Shown here: piece after piece, positions 1 through 8,425 of the stretch
Numbering within the stretch: position 1 is the first letter of the stretch
Layout: each line of letters begins with the position of its first letter
Assembly (NCBI GenBank): GCA_965226795.1
Contig: CBDDDZ010000003.1
Coordinates: forward strand, 544,001-608,000
Source: Candidatus Latescibacterota bacterium
GTDB taxonomy: Bacteria; Latescibacterota; UBA2968; GCA-2709665
DNA: 64,000 bases
Reading direction: 5' to 3'
The notes under the pieces: generated by a model
What the model saw: only the letters and a program-made list of their open reading frames with translations
What the model was told of the DNA's origin: nothing
Databases searched by the model: none
Translations under genes and position numbers: made by a program

Positions 1-612
1 TCGATCCGCATCCTCGTTGTCGACGATCATCCGGTCGTGCGCGACGGCCTGGCTGCGATGTTGAACACGCAGTCCGATTTCGAGGTGGTGGGAGAAGCCA
101 GTGACGGGGAGGAGGCGGTGCGGAAGGTTGCCGATAGCGACCCCGACGTACTGTTGCTGGATCTGGAGATGCCTGGCGTTGACGGGATCGAGACCCTTCA
201 ACGGTTGAGAGAAAGGAAGGCCCGGGCGCGGGCGATTGTATTCACGGTTTTTGATACGGACGAACGCATAGTTTCGGCGATGAAGGCTGGCGCAAAAGGC
301 TATCTGCTCAAGGGCGCGCCCAGAGGCGATGTGTTTCGCGCCGTGCGGGTGGTCAACGAAGGCGGGTCGTTGCTCGAGCCGCTGATCGCTTCAAGGTTCC
401 TGGACAGCATCAATAACCCGGACGCGTTGACAGCGCGGCAAAAGGAAGTGCTGAAACTGATTGCAACGGGCCTTTTAAACAAAGAAATTGCCGATCGACT
501 CTACATTTCCGAACGCACGGTCAAGTTCCACGTCAGCGAGATCCTGGCCAAGCTCGGCGCGGGAAATCGTACAGAGGCTGTCGCTATCGCGACACAGCGA
601 GGGTTGATTTAA
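1..612 (+). CDS. NarL/FixJ-family response regulator (REC + LuxR HTH), 5' end outside window
   Basis: Frame is open from base 1 (SIRILVVDDHPVVRDGL); phosphoacceptor region LLLDLEMP; GAKGYLLK; C-terminal LTARQKEVLKLIATG...ISERTVKFHVSEILAKLG. Confidence 0.95.
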   Translation, partial: SIRILVVDDHPVVRDGLAAMLNTQSDFEVVGEASDGEEAVRKVADSDPDVLLLDLEMPGVDGIETLQRLRERKARARAIVFTVFDTDERIVSAMKAGAKGYLLKGAPRGDVFRAVRVVNEGGSLLEPLIASRFLDSINNPDALTARQKEVLKLIATGLLNKEIADRLYISERTVKFHVSEILAKLGAGNRTEAVAIATQRGLI

Positions 613-790
613 GCAGGCGGCATTCAGCTGTCTGCACCCTACGATCCGCTTCGAAGGGTTTGTCTATCGAGACCGCTGGCAGACATGTGGATGGAGTAAT
701 TTCGGCATGCTATCCTCGCGCGGCATCGCTGCGCTCAGTCGCAACCAAATATGTAGAAATGAACACGCCAGCCCGCATGACGGTCAAATC

Positions 791-945
791 ACTCCCCCCT
801 TGAGGGGGAGTCGCAGAAGCCGAGCCGGCCCCCTGAGCGCTCGCCCTGCGCCTGCGGTCCCTGAGCTTGTCGAAGGGCCGAAGGATGTCGAAGGCGCTGC
901 CCTGAGCCTGTCGAAGGGCCGGCGACGGCTGATGCGGTGGGGGGA
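791..945. repeat. Palindromic intergenic repeat containing nested CCCTGAGCnTGTCGAAGGG units
   Basis: Hairpin ACTCCCCC/GGGGGAGT at 791-811; full units at 859-877 and 900-918; split units at 831/886 and 844/878. Confidence 0.75.
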
Positions 946-1066
946 TTTCAACGCTATACCGTACGCAAGGTGCATGATTTATTATGAATGCATTTTGCGT
1001 AGAAGTCTTACTGTAAGGACTTAACGTCGATTTGTCCCAATACTCTAAAGAGAAGGACACGCCAAG

Positions 1067-3639
1067 ATGAAAGAAATCTACGATTGGGTACCGTGGTTTC
1101 AAAAGTTGGCACGAAACATCGCGGAAGGTGGAGAAGCCTATCTGATCGACAGAGCGAAAAAGGTCGCATGGGGAGAAAATCAAGCTCTGCTTCAATATGG
1201 CGACGCGGCGATCGATCCGTTTTCTTTTTTTTATTTTTTGGCTTCAAAAGCCACCAGATACCAACTGAAACCCGTGTACGACAGTGTAGGCGATGTGTTT
1301 GAAATTAAGACCCCTCGCGCAGACGGGAGTGTCGATGACAGCTATACAATTCCTTCTTCCTCACGCAATTGGCTCTTTCATGGCGATTGGGATTTTTCTC
1401 CCGATTTGCTTTGGCGTTTGTTCAGGCAAGCGGAGGAAAGGAATCCAGATATAAACCCTCAGGATTTCAAGAATGTCATGGGCATTAAGAATGTCGCGGT
1501 TGTGAAATTGACGCACACATTGTTTCTGATAAATCCCGAATACTTCCAGCCGGTGGATAATTTAACCGATGAATTGTCGGAAGCCTTGGGTTTGCCGGCG
1601 CCGTCAGATTTACAGAGTGGGATAAACAAAAGCGGAGACTACGAGACATATCTGACCTTTATTGAGAAGTTAATGCAAGCATTTCCCGGATGCCGGCCGT
1701 ATGAAATTAACATGTTCTGTATCTCATTAAGCCTAAAGCGCCGAATAGATTAACGTTAGCGGTAGCTTCTATCAAATCAGCACGAACGTAATTCGACCCT
1801 GAGGGTGGTGATTATTGGGAAGACCGTGACGGCAGCTTCGAAGAAAACAACTGGGTTTATACGGGAGGACCGGGACCGGGAAAATCGTGGGACGAAGACG
1901 GGAGCTATCCTCTGACCAAACCTGCGAGGGGCGATATCATCCTGGTCAGAACGGGCAGGCAGAGGGGACGGGCAATCGGTATCGTACAGAAAAACGACTA
2001 CGCCGAGTCAGGGATGAATGAGAACAGCAGGATTCACGTTCTCTGGATAAACAAATCGGACGAGCAACTCTCGGGCTTTACGGCTATGATAGGATTTAGC
2101 GGGTCACGACCGTACGACTCGGGCATTTGAAGGTGCTTCGGGCTACAGTCGTTCGTTTGAATTGATTGGTGAATTGAAAGGAGATCCAACCGAGACGAAT
2201 CCATCGAAGATCAGGATGCCCGGAGCAGGGAGAAGATTCTGAAAAACGACTATCCATTAAATCAGATACTGTATGGTCCCCCCGGAACGGGCAAAACGTG
2301 GAATACCGTTGATTATGCCATGGCGATTATCCAAGACGAGCCGTTGGATGTAATCGAAAGGATGGAAAGAAAGGGCAAATTGCAGCGATTCGACGAATTG
2401 AGAGAGAACGGCCAGATTGAAATGGTGACGTTTCATCAGAACTACAATTACGAGGATTTCATCGAGGGCATCAGGCCAGTCTTGTCCGATGACATTTATG
2501 AAGAAGGAAAAGTAGAGTATGAACTATCACGTGGGTATTTCGGGGAATCCGGAACGTGATTGGATAACACTGGCGGTCTGGTCAAGCAGGACGAGTCCTG
2601 GAACTTAGATGATTTGCTTCAGGCCTTTGCCGAGTGGATTGACGATAGTTTGGACTCAGAAGCGATTCAATGAATTGATCGAAAAAGTGGCCAGATCGAA
2701 TCATGGTGACTTTCACCAGAACGTTTACATTGGCTGGTATGAAGGACTATTACCTTACGAGAAATGGCATCAGGAATTACAAGGCCTCTTGCAACGGGCT
2801 GATCAATGGATGAAGAATTAAATCTTGAATATGAACTCAGCATCGCGATACTACTTGGTGTTCCAAAAAATAAAGGAAATTGCAGAACGTGCCAACCAGA
2901 TAAAGCGGTGGTGACATAGAGCAGAATTACGTCCTGATCATCGATGAAATCAATCGTGGCAATATCGCTAAGATTTTCGGCGAGTTGATTACGCTGATTG
3001 AAGATTCCAAGCGGATCGGTGGGATGATGAGGCGACCGTCACGCTCCCGTATTCCAAGGAAGAATTTGGAGTGCCAGGACAACCTGTACATTATCGGCAC
3101 CATGAATACCGCTGATCGGTCGATCGCCCTTCTGGATACCGCATTGCGGCGGCGGTTCGAGTTTGTCGAAATGATGCCAAAGCCGGATCATCCTGATATT
3201 AGTCAGGATATCGAGGGCGTGAACGGCCAAAGTTACTGCCGCAATGAACGAGCGCATCCGGTTTCTGCTGGACCGCGAGCATCAGATCGGACATACCTAT
3301 TTCCTGGGAATTGATGACTTGAAATCGCTTGAGGCAGCGTTCAAACATAAAATCATACCGTTGCTGCAGGAGTACTTCTACGATAATTGGGAGAAAATCG
3401 ACCTGGTCTTGAATCGTAACGGGTTTATTCAAAAAATCCAGATTGAGAGCGGCCTGTTTAAGGATTCAGACTTGATTGACAATCAGACTGAAAGTTATGA
3501 GTTGCTGCCAGTCGACGACGGCAAATGGCGTGATCCGAAACAGTACCGGAAAATCTACGAGAATGGGAAACAAGGCGAGCCGGTGAAAGTAAAGAGGACT
3601 CCTGAATATGCCCAACACGCGGGTAGTCAGAGAACATGA
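1067..3639 (+). pseudogene. mcrB: McrB-family AAA+ GTPase, broken by multiple frameshifts (decay or consensus errors)
   Basis: Pieces in different frames: Walker A LYGPPGTGKT (2275-2298), VTFHQNYNYEDFIEG, Walker B VLIIDEINRGN (~2931-2963), McrB signature GTMNTADRS..LDTALRRRF, and IGHTYF..IIPLLQEYFYD; lies directly upstream of mcrC. Confidence 0.9.
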
Positions 3640-4849
3640 AGAACTGAAGGGTCTCAGTCCGGAGGAGCTTCGTGACCTGAAGGAGTTCGCCCTCGAACAC
3701 CAAAGAGATGATTTGGGCAACTACAGGCCGGTATTGACAGTCAGAAACGGCAAACTGAAGGCCGGAAACTACGTCGGGATTATCGAAACCCGCATGCGAA
3801 CCGTGCTGGAAATCCTGCCGAAGGTCGATTTTTCGGACGGCGATGAAAATACCAAACGGATTCTCTTCGAAATGTTACGCACCTGGCGCGGTTTCAAATC
3901 GTTAGCCGTATTCAACGAGAGCCAGATCAACGCCGTGCGGCGTTTCAATATGCTGGAGGTGTTCGTCCATCTCTTTTTGAACAACCTCGTCATGCTCACA
4001 CAGCGCGGGCTTGCCCGCCACTATCAGCCGGTTGAGGACAACCTGCCCTGCCTCCGCGGGCGCATTTTGTTTCCCCAACACATCCGGGAAAATTCGTCCA
4101 ATCGCGCGCGTTTTTACGTGGGCTACGACGAGTTCAGCGCCGATCGCCCAGCCAATCGATTGATTCATAGCACGATTGACAGACTGATCGGAACGGTTCG
4201 CCAGCCGAGAAACCAGCAGTTGCTGCATCAGTCGCGCATCAGTTTTTCCGATATTCCGCTTTCCACGCACTTCCAGGGAGACTGGGACCGGCATCGAGTG
4301 GACCGCACGATTCAACACTACGATGCGGTGATGCAGTGGGTCGGGTTGTTTCTATTCAATCACGGACTGACCACATTCGCCGGGAGACACGTCAACCAGG
4401 CCCTGTTATTTCCTATGTGGGAGATATTCGAGGACTTTGTCGCCCACTGTCTTCGGCGGTACGGGCAGGAATTCTCGGTGCGCCAACACGGGCCACAAAA
4501 ATACCTGGTTAAGGACGACAAAAATCGTGATGTGTTCGCTTTGAAACCGGATATCAGTCTGATGTCCGGCGGCAGGACTGTCTTCATCCTGGATACGAAA
4601 TGGAAACGCATTAACGGTGAGGACGGTGATCTGAAACACGGCGTCAACCAGGCCGATATGTACCAGATGTATGTTTACGGGAAAAAATACGGCTGCAGGA
4701 AGGTCGCGCTTGTCTATCCGAAGACTGGGCGATTTTATGATCCATTACATTACAAATTTGACGATCAATTATCATTGGCCTGTCTTCCATTTGACGTGAC
4801 GAATCCGGAGCATAGCGTAAGAGAGATAATCCAGCATCTGAACAACTGA
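3608..4849 (+). CDS. mcrC: McrC-family restriction endonuclease subunit
   Basis: NYVG motif, PD-(D/E)xK core KPDI...ILDTKWK, ADMYQMYVY; overlaps the mcrB 3' end. Confidence 0.92.
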   Translation: MPNTRVVREHEELKGLSPEELRDLKEFALEHQRDDLGNYRPVLTVRNGKLKAGNYVGIIETRMRTVLEILPKVDFSDGDENTKRILFEMLRTWRGFKSLAVFNESQINAVRRFNMLEVFVHLFLNNLVMLTQRGLARHYQPVEDNLPCLRGRILFPQHIRENSSNRARFYVGYDEFSADRPANRLIHSTIDRLIGTVRQPRNQQLLHQSRISFSDIPLSTHFQGDWDRHRVDRTIQHYDAVMQWVGLFLFNHGLTTFAGRHVNQALLFPMWEIFEDFVAHCLRRYGQEFSVRQHGPQKYLVKDDKNRDVFALKPDISLMSGGRTVFILDTKWKRINGEDGDLKHGVNQADMYQMYVYGKKYGCRKVALVYPKTGRFYDPLHYKFDDQLSLACLPFDVTNPEHSVREIIQHLNN

Positions 4850-4950
4850 ATTTGCTCGATACTGCCGCTGCGAGCCCGGTTAATTTATGAATTGTCAAGA
4901 TTACCTGGTTTTTTCGAAAATCAATCAACTCCACGCCCGCGCGATGGTTT

Positions 4951-5326
4951 GTCGATCCGTTGAAGAAGCGTGTCTGAAGGTGGGGCAGACATTCCTGTCT
5001 GCCCTGCTCATTGCCCTTCTGCCGCGACGTAAACAGAAGAAAGGCTTGCGTCGTCTTAGTAGACCTTATACTCGTAGTTGCGCTTTACCCACGGCTTACG
5101 CGCTTCTTGGAAGACGCGGCGATTGTCCCGAGGGATTGCGACAGCGAGGCGAGAGGTAATCCTGTAGATAGCACCTTCCTTTTTCCTATGGGGGAGGCGG
5201 CGGTGAGTCGCGGCGTGCCCGGATAACGGATTGTGAGGTTTCGGTTTGATGTATGTGAGCAGACAGGAATGTCTGCTCCACCCTTTCAATCCTTTGTTTG
5301 AGGTATCGCTTGACTGTATCAACCAC
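4951..5326 (+). repeat. REPIN-like element: two inverted REP palindromes (GCAGACA..TGTCTGC), copy 1
   Basis: GTGGGGCAGACATTCCTGTCTGCCC at 4980-5004 and an inverted copy at 5257-5281; both flanks match 27247-27560 in reverse complement. Confidence 0.8.
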
Positions 5327-5375
5327 CCGAGACAGATCGCCTTCACTTGCTTCCACTTACCACTTGGTGAATCAG

Positions 5376-5407
5376 AAAGCCCGTACCGTAATGGTACGGG
5401 CTTTTTT
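5376..5407 (+). terminator. Rho-independent terminator (possibly bidirectional)
   Basis: AAAGCCCGTACC-GTAAT-GGTACGGGCTTT followed by a T run, between convergent mcrC and the ABC permease. Confidence 0.8.
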
Positions 5408-5576
5408 GTATGCGTTGAAACTGCGGCTTAGGTTTACGGAAGTTGTGTGTATCGTCTGTATTATATCATATATAGAAAATGGAGGCGGCGTCTGCCAGAA
5501 TATTCCCCAACTCTTGTGTTTTTATCCTGTCCATCCTGTCTATCCAAGTAATTTTCCGCTTGGTAAGTTAAAAAGC

Positions 5577-6644
5577 CTAAAACGTCTGGCTCAGGTTTCT
5601 GCGATGCAGGATGAACCAGATGACGACCGGTGCGCCGATGAGGGACGTGACCGCATTCAGCGGAAGAACGTATTGACTGCCCGGCAAATGGGCAAACAGA
5701 TCGGATAGCAGAGCCAGGGTTGCCCCGAGGCAGATGACGGCCGGCATTAGGGCGCGGTGATCGGACGTGTGCAGGAGACTGCGGCAAAGGTGCGGGACGG
5801 CCAGACCCAGGAACGCAATCGGGCCGCAGAAGGCGGTGGTGGCGCCGGCAAGAATGGACGCGCTGGCCAGAATCCATATGCGGGCGCGCTTCACGTTGAG
5901 GCCCATGCTGCGGGCGTAATTTTCCCCGAGCAAGAGTGCATTGAGAGGCTTGATACACACCAACGCCAGCGAAATGCCGAGCAGAATGGCGCAGACGAGA
6001 ACGGGGATCTGGCGCCACGTCACACCGCCAAAACTGCCAAAGGTCCACAGGATATACGACTGTATCTGTTCGGGAACGCTGAAGTAGATCAAAATACTGA
6101 CGAATGCCCCTGTCGCATACCCGAACATCAGACCCAGTATGAGCAGCGTCATCACACTGCTTACACTGCGAGAAACCAGCAACACGCACCCCAACACCAC
6201 GGCCGCACCCAGGATAGCCGCAAGAGCCAGGCCAAGATCACCCACGAAGCCCAGACCGGCAATCAGCGCACTGCCAGCCGCACCCGCCGTCAACACCACA
6301 ATGGCGACGCCGAGACTGGCGCCGGCGCTGATGCCAAGCACAAACGGATCGGCGAGCGGATTACGAAACAACGTCTGCATCTGCAGGCCGCTGACGGCCA
6401 GGGCGGCGCCTGCCAGAACACCGGTGATCGCCCTTGGCAAACGGATGGTGTGGATGATGATCGCCCATGCGGGAGAAGACGCTTCTTTTCCCATGAGAAC
6501 GTCGAACAGTCCGGTCAGTGGAATATGAACCGACCCGAGTGACAGGCTCAAACCGAACGCGATCAGGAGCAACAGAAACAGACCCGGTACAATGACCGCA
6601 TGCCGAGGACCCTCCCGCGCTTCATCGCTCTGTTTCGACATCAT
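5577..6644 (-). CDS. Iron-chelate/cobalamin ABC permease (FecCD/BtuC-like)
   Basis: IRLPRAITG...GLQMQTLFRNPLADPFVLGISAGA; LLLGENYARSMG; GPIAFLGLAVPH. Confidence 0.93.
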   Translation of the reverse strand: MMSKQSDEAREGPRHAVIVPGLFLLLLIAFGLSLSLGSVHIPLTGLFDVLMGKEASSPAWAIIIHTIRLPRAITGVLAGAALAVSGLQMQTLFRNPLADPFVLGISAGASLGVAIVVLTAGAAGSALIAGLGFVGDLGLALAAILGAAVVLGCVLLVSRSVSSVMTLLILGLMFGYATGAFVSILIYFSVPEQIQSYILWTFGSFGGVTWRQIPVLVCAILLGISLALVCIKPLNALLLGENYARSMGLNVKRARIWILASASILAGATTAFCGPIAFLGLAVPHLCRSLLHTSDHRALMPAVICLGATLALLSDLFAHLPGSQYVLPLNAVTSLIGAPVVIWFILHRRNLSQTF

Positions 6645-7687
6645 ACAGTTTTTCCCGATTCTGACACGGTATCTATTCCACTTTCGCCCTTGATTGCCAG
6701 GACCAAGTCGTAAATGGAATGATATTCCCGGGTTATACCGCCGCGCTCGACCCGCCAGGCGCCGGTTTCAGCGTCTCGGATGTCGATACGCCGTTCGGAT
6801 CCGGTGTCAACCACCTGAAACCCCGCCCTCTCGAGTGCGCGCACGGTCCAATAGGCGCGCCGCCCCTTCCCCGTAACGGCGACCGTGGCGCGGCCGCGCT
6901 CCGGGGTGAGCCTGAATGCACCCGTATCGGCGTCAAAACGTACGCCATCGCTCTGGAATGCCGTTTCAAAAGCACCATTCAGGATTAAATCCTCCGGCGC
7001 GCCTGACTGTAAAGCGCCCTCTGACGGCAAGAGATAAATGCGGTCTGCACAGCGCAACGCCAGGTCCAGATCGTGCGTCGAGAGGAGAATCGCTTTCCGG
7101 GTCGTATGTGCGAGGTTTCGCAATAATGCCATGATTTCAACGCGGCGGGGCAGATCCAGAAAGGCCGTGGGTTCATCCATAATCATGAGGTCGGGCTGCT
7201 GCGCCAGCGCGCGCGCAATCATTACCTTCTGGCGCTCGCCATCGCTGAGTTCGGCCACGTTGCGGTGTTCCAATTTCTCGGCGCGGGCAACCCGCATTGC
7301 CCATGAAACGGCCTGCTCGTCTTCGTCGCCGAAGCGTCCGATCCAATCGGTGTGGGGATACCGCCCAAGGCCGACGAGGTCGCGCACCGTCATGGCACCA
7401 ACGCTGATGCGATCCGTGAGTACGACGCTGAGCGCTTGCGCAACTTCGGTCGCAGACATCTCCGCGATGTCTGCACCTGCGAGACGAACGCGCCCATGCA
7501 GCGATGGCTGCATCCCGGCAAGCGTGCGCATAAGCGTGGATTTCCCCGCGCCATTGGGCCCCAGCAGGCAGACAAAGTCGCCCGGAGCGAGCGATACGTC
7601 GATATTGCGGGCTACGACGCGAGGCGGCCTGCGACCGCGTTTGTAACCGATGGAGAGATCCTGCGCCGTTAGAATCGCCTCAGCCAC
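6641..7687 (-). CDS. Iron-chelate/cobalamin ABC ATPase (BtuD/FepC-like)
   Basis: GPNGAGKST, LSDGERQK, IMDEPTAFLD, STHDLDLA; 4-bp overlap with the permease. Confidence 0.93.
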   Translation of the reverse strand: MAEAILTAQDLSIGYKRGRRPPRVVARNIDVSLAPGDFVCLLGPNGAGKSTLMRTLAGMQPSLHGRVRLAGADIAEMSATEVAQALSVVLTDRISVGAMTVRDLVGLGRYPHTDWIGRFGDEDEQAVSWAMRVARAEKLEHRNVAELSDGERQKVMIARALAQQPDLMIMDEPTAFLDLPRRVEIMALLRNLAHTTRKAILLSTHDLDLALRCADRIYLLPSEGALQSGAPEDLILNGAFETAFQSDGVRFDADTGAFRLTPERGRATVAVTGKGRRAYWTVRALERAGFQVVDTGSERRIDIRDAETGAWRVERGGITREYHSIYDLVLAIKGESGIDTVSESGKTV

Positions 7688-7714
7688 CGCGCACCTCCGG
7701 AAAAATCAAAGGCC

Positions 7715-7966
7715 TTACTTCAAAAGTCCAAGGCGCTCAAGGTCGTCCTCTACCCACTGAGCTTGTCGCTCTACGATCGACTTGAGTGTACCCACTGCAA
7801 ACGTCTGATTCATGCTGTGTAAATGGGCGGTCGTCATTCTCCCATCCGCGTGCACAAAAAAACGGGTCGCGCTTTTCCTTCTGTATTCACGAAACCCGTC
7901 TCTGTTTAATGCCCGCATCAATCTGCGTGCCGTCAGTAAACGAAGCCTGCTGTAACCAATTGCCAT
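7715..7966 (-). CDS. hicA: HicA-family toxin (atypical, no GSH motif)
   Basis: 83 aa, LTARRLMRALNRDGF...HADGR...GTLKSI pattern; 1 nt downstream of a HicB-like gene. Confidence 0.7.
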   Translation of the reverse strand: MAIGYSRLRLLTARRLMRALNRDGFREYRRKSATRFFVHADGRMTTAHLHSMNQTFAVGTLKSIVERQAQWVEDDLERLGLLK

Positions 7967-7967
7967 A

Positions 7968-8225
7968 TCAGATGGCTACGGTGACCATTGGCACATCGCC
8001 GACCTCAATCTGAGAAGATGGCTCGGAAGGTATCTCGTCTCCATTCTCCAGCAAGTACGCAACAAGAAGATCAACAGCGTTCTTTAAATTCCGCAGGGTA
8101 TTTCCCCAGCTTGCAGCCCCTCTATGTTCCAACGCGGGAATATAAGCTCGCCACACCGCTTTTGAATCCGGCTCATCAGGCCATTTGTCTTTCTCCAGGA
8201 CAGCCTTAAATAGATATGTTTTCAT
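7968..8225 (-). CDS. hicB: HicB-family antitoxin (short form, no DNA-binding domain)
   Basis: MKTYLFKAVLE...WRAYIPAL..GAASWGNT..NL..AV; start set at ATG 8225 after GAGGA. Confidence 0.75.
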   Translation of the reverse strand: MKTYLFKAVLEKDKWPDEPDSKAVWRAYIPALEHRGAASWGNTLRNLKNAVDLLVAYLLENGDEIPSEPSSQIEVGDVPMVTVAI

Positions 8226-8241
8226 TTTTTCCTCAGAACAG

Positions 8242-8250
8242 ATTATATCA
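8242..8250 (-). promoter_or_regulatory. Extended -10 promoter upstream of hicB
   Basis: Minus strand reads TGaTATAAT, 16 nt upstream of the hicB ATG. Confidence 0.6.
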
Positions 8251-8425
8251 CGAACGGCTTGGAAATAGACGATTCTTTCAAGGCATTCAAGCCTTATGGT
8301 CCCCAATCGGGCATACCGACTGTTATAAGAATACCCGTGACGTTGTCCAGTGCATTTGGAACCGTGTGAGAAAAATATCGGACTGAGCGTGGAAAGTCAA
8401 CGCACGGCGGATGTACACACCACGG

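Noticed and set aside
791..945. Possible mini-CRISPR
   Set aside because: Units are 19 bp, nested and irregularly spaced, with no spacers of constant length and no cas genes.
707..1195. ORFs 707-1024 (+) and 710-1195 (-)
   Set aside because: Translations of the palindromic repeat (PELVEG, LSLSKG, LRQAQG), not genes.
1220..1239. Poly-T tract in mcrB as a phase-variation switch
   Set aside because: It encodes FSFFYFL in frame, and the frame breaks occur elsewhere.
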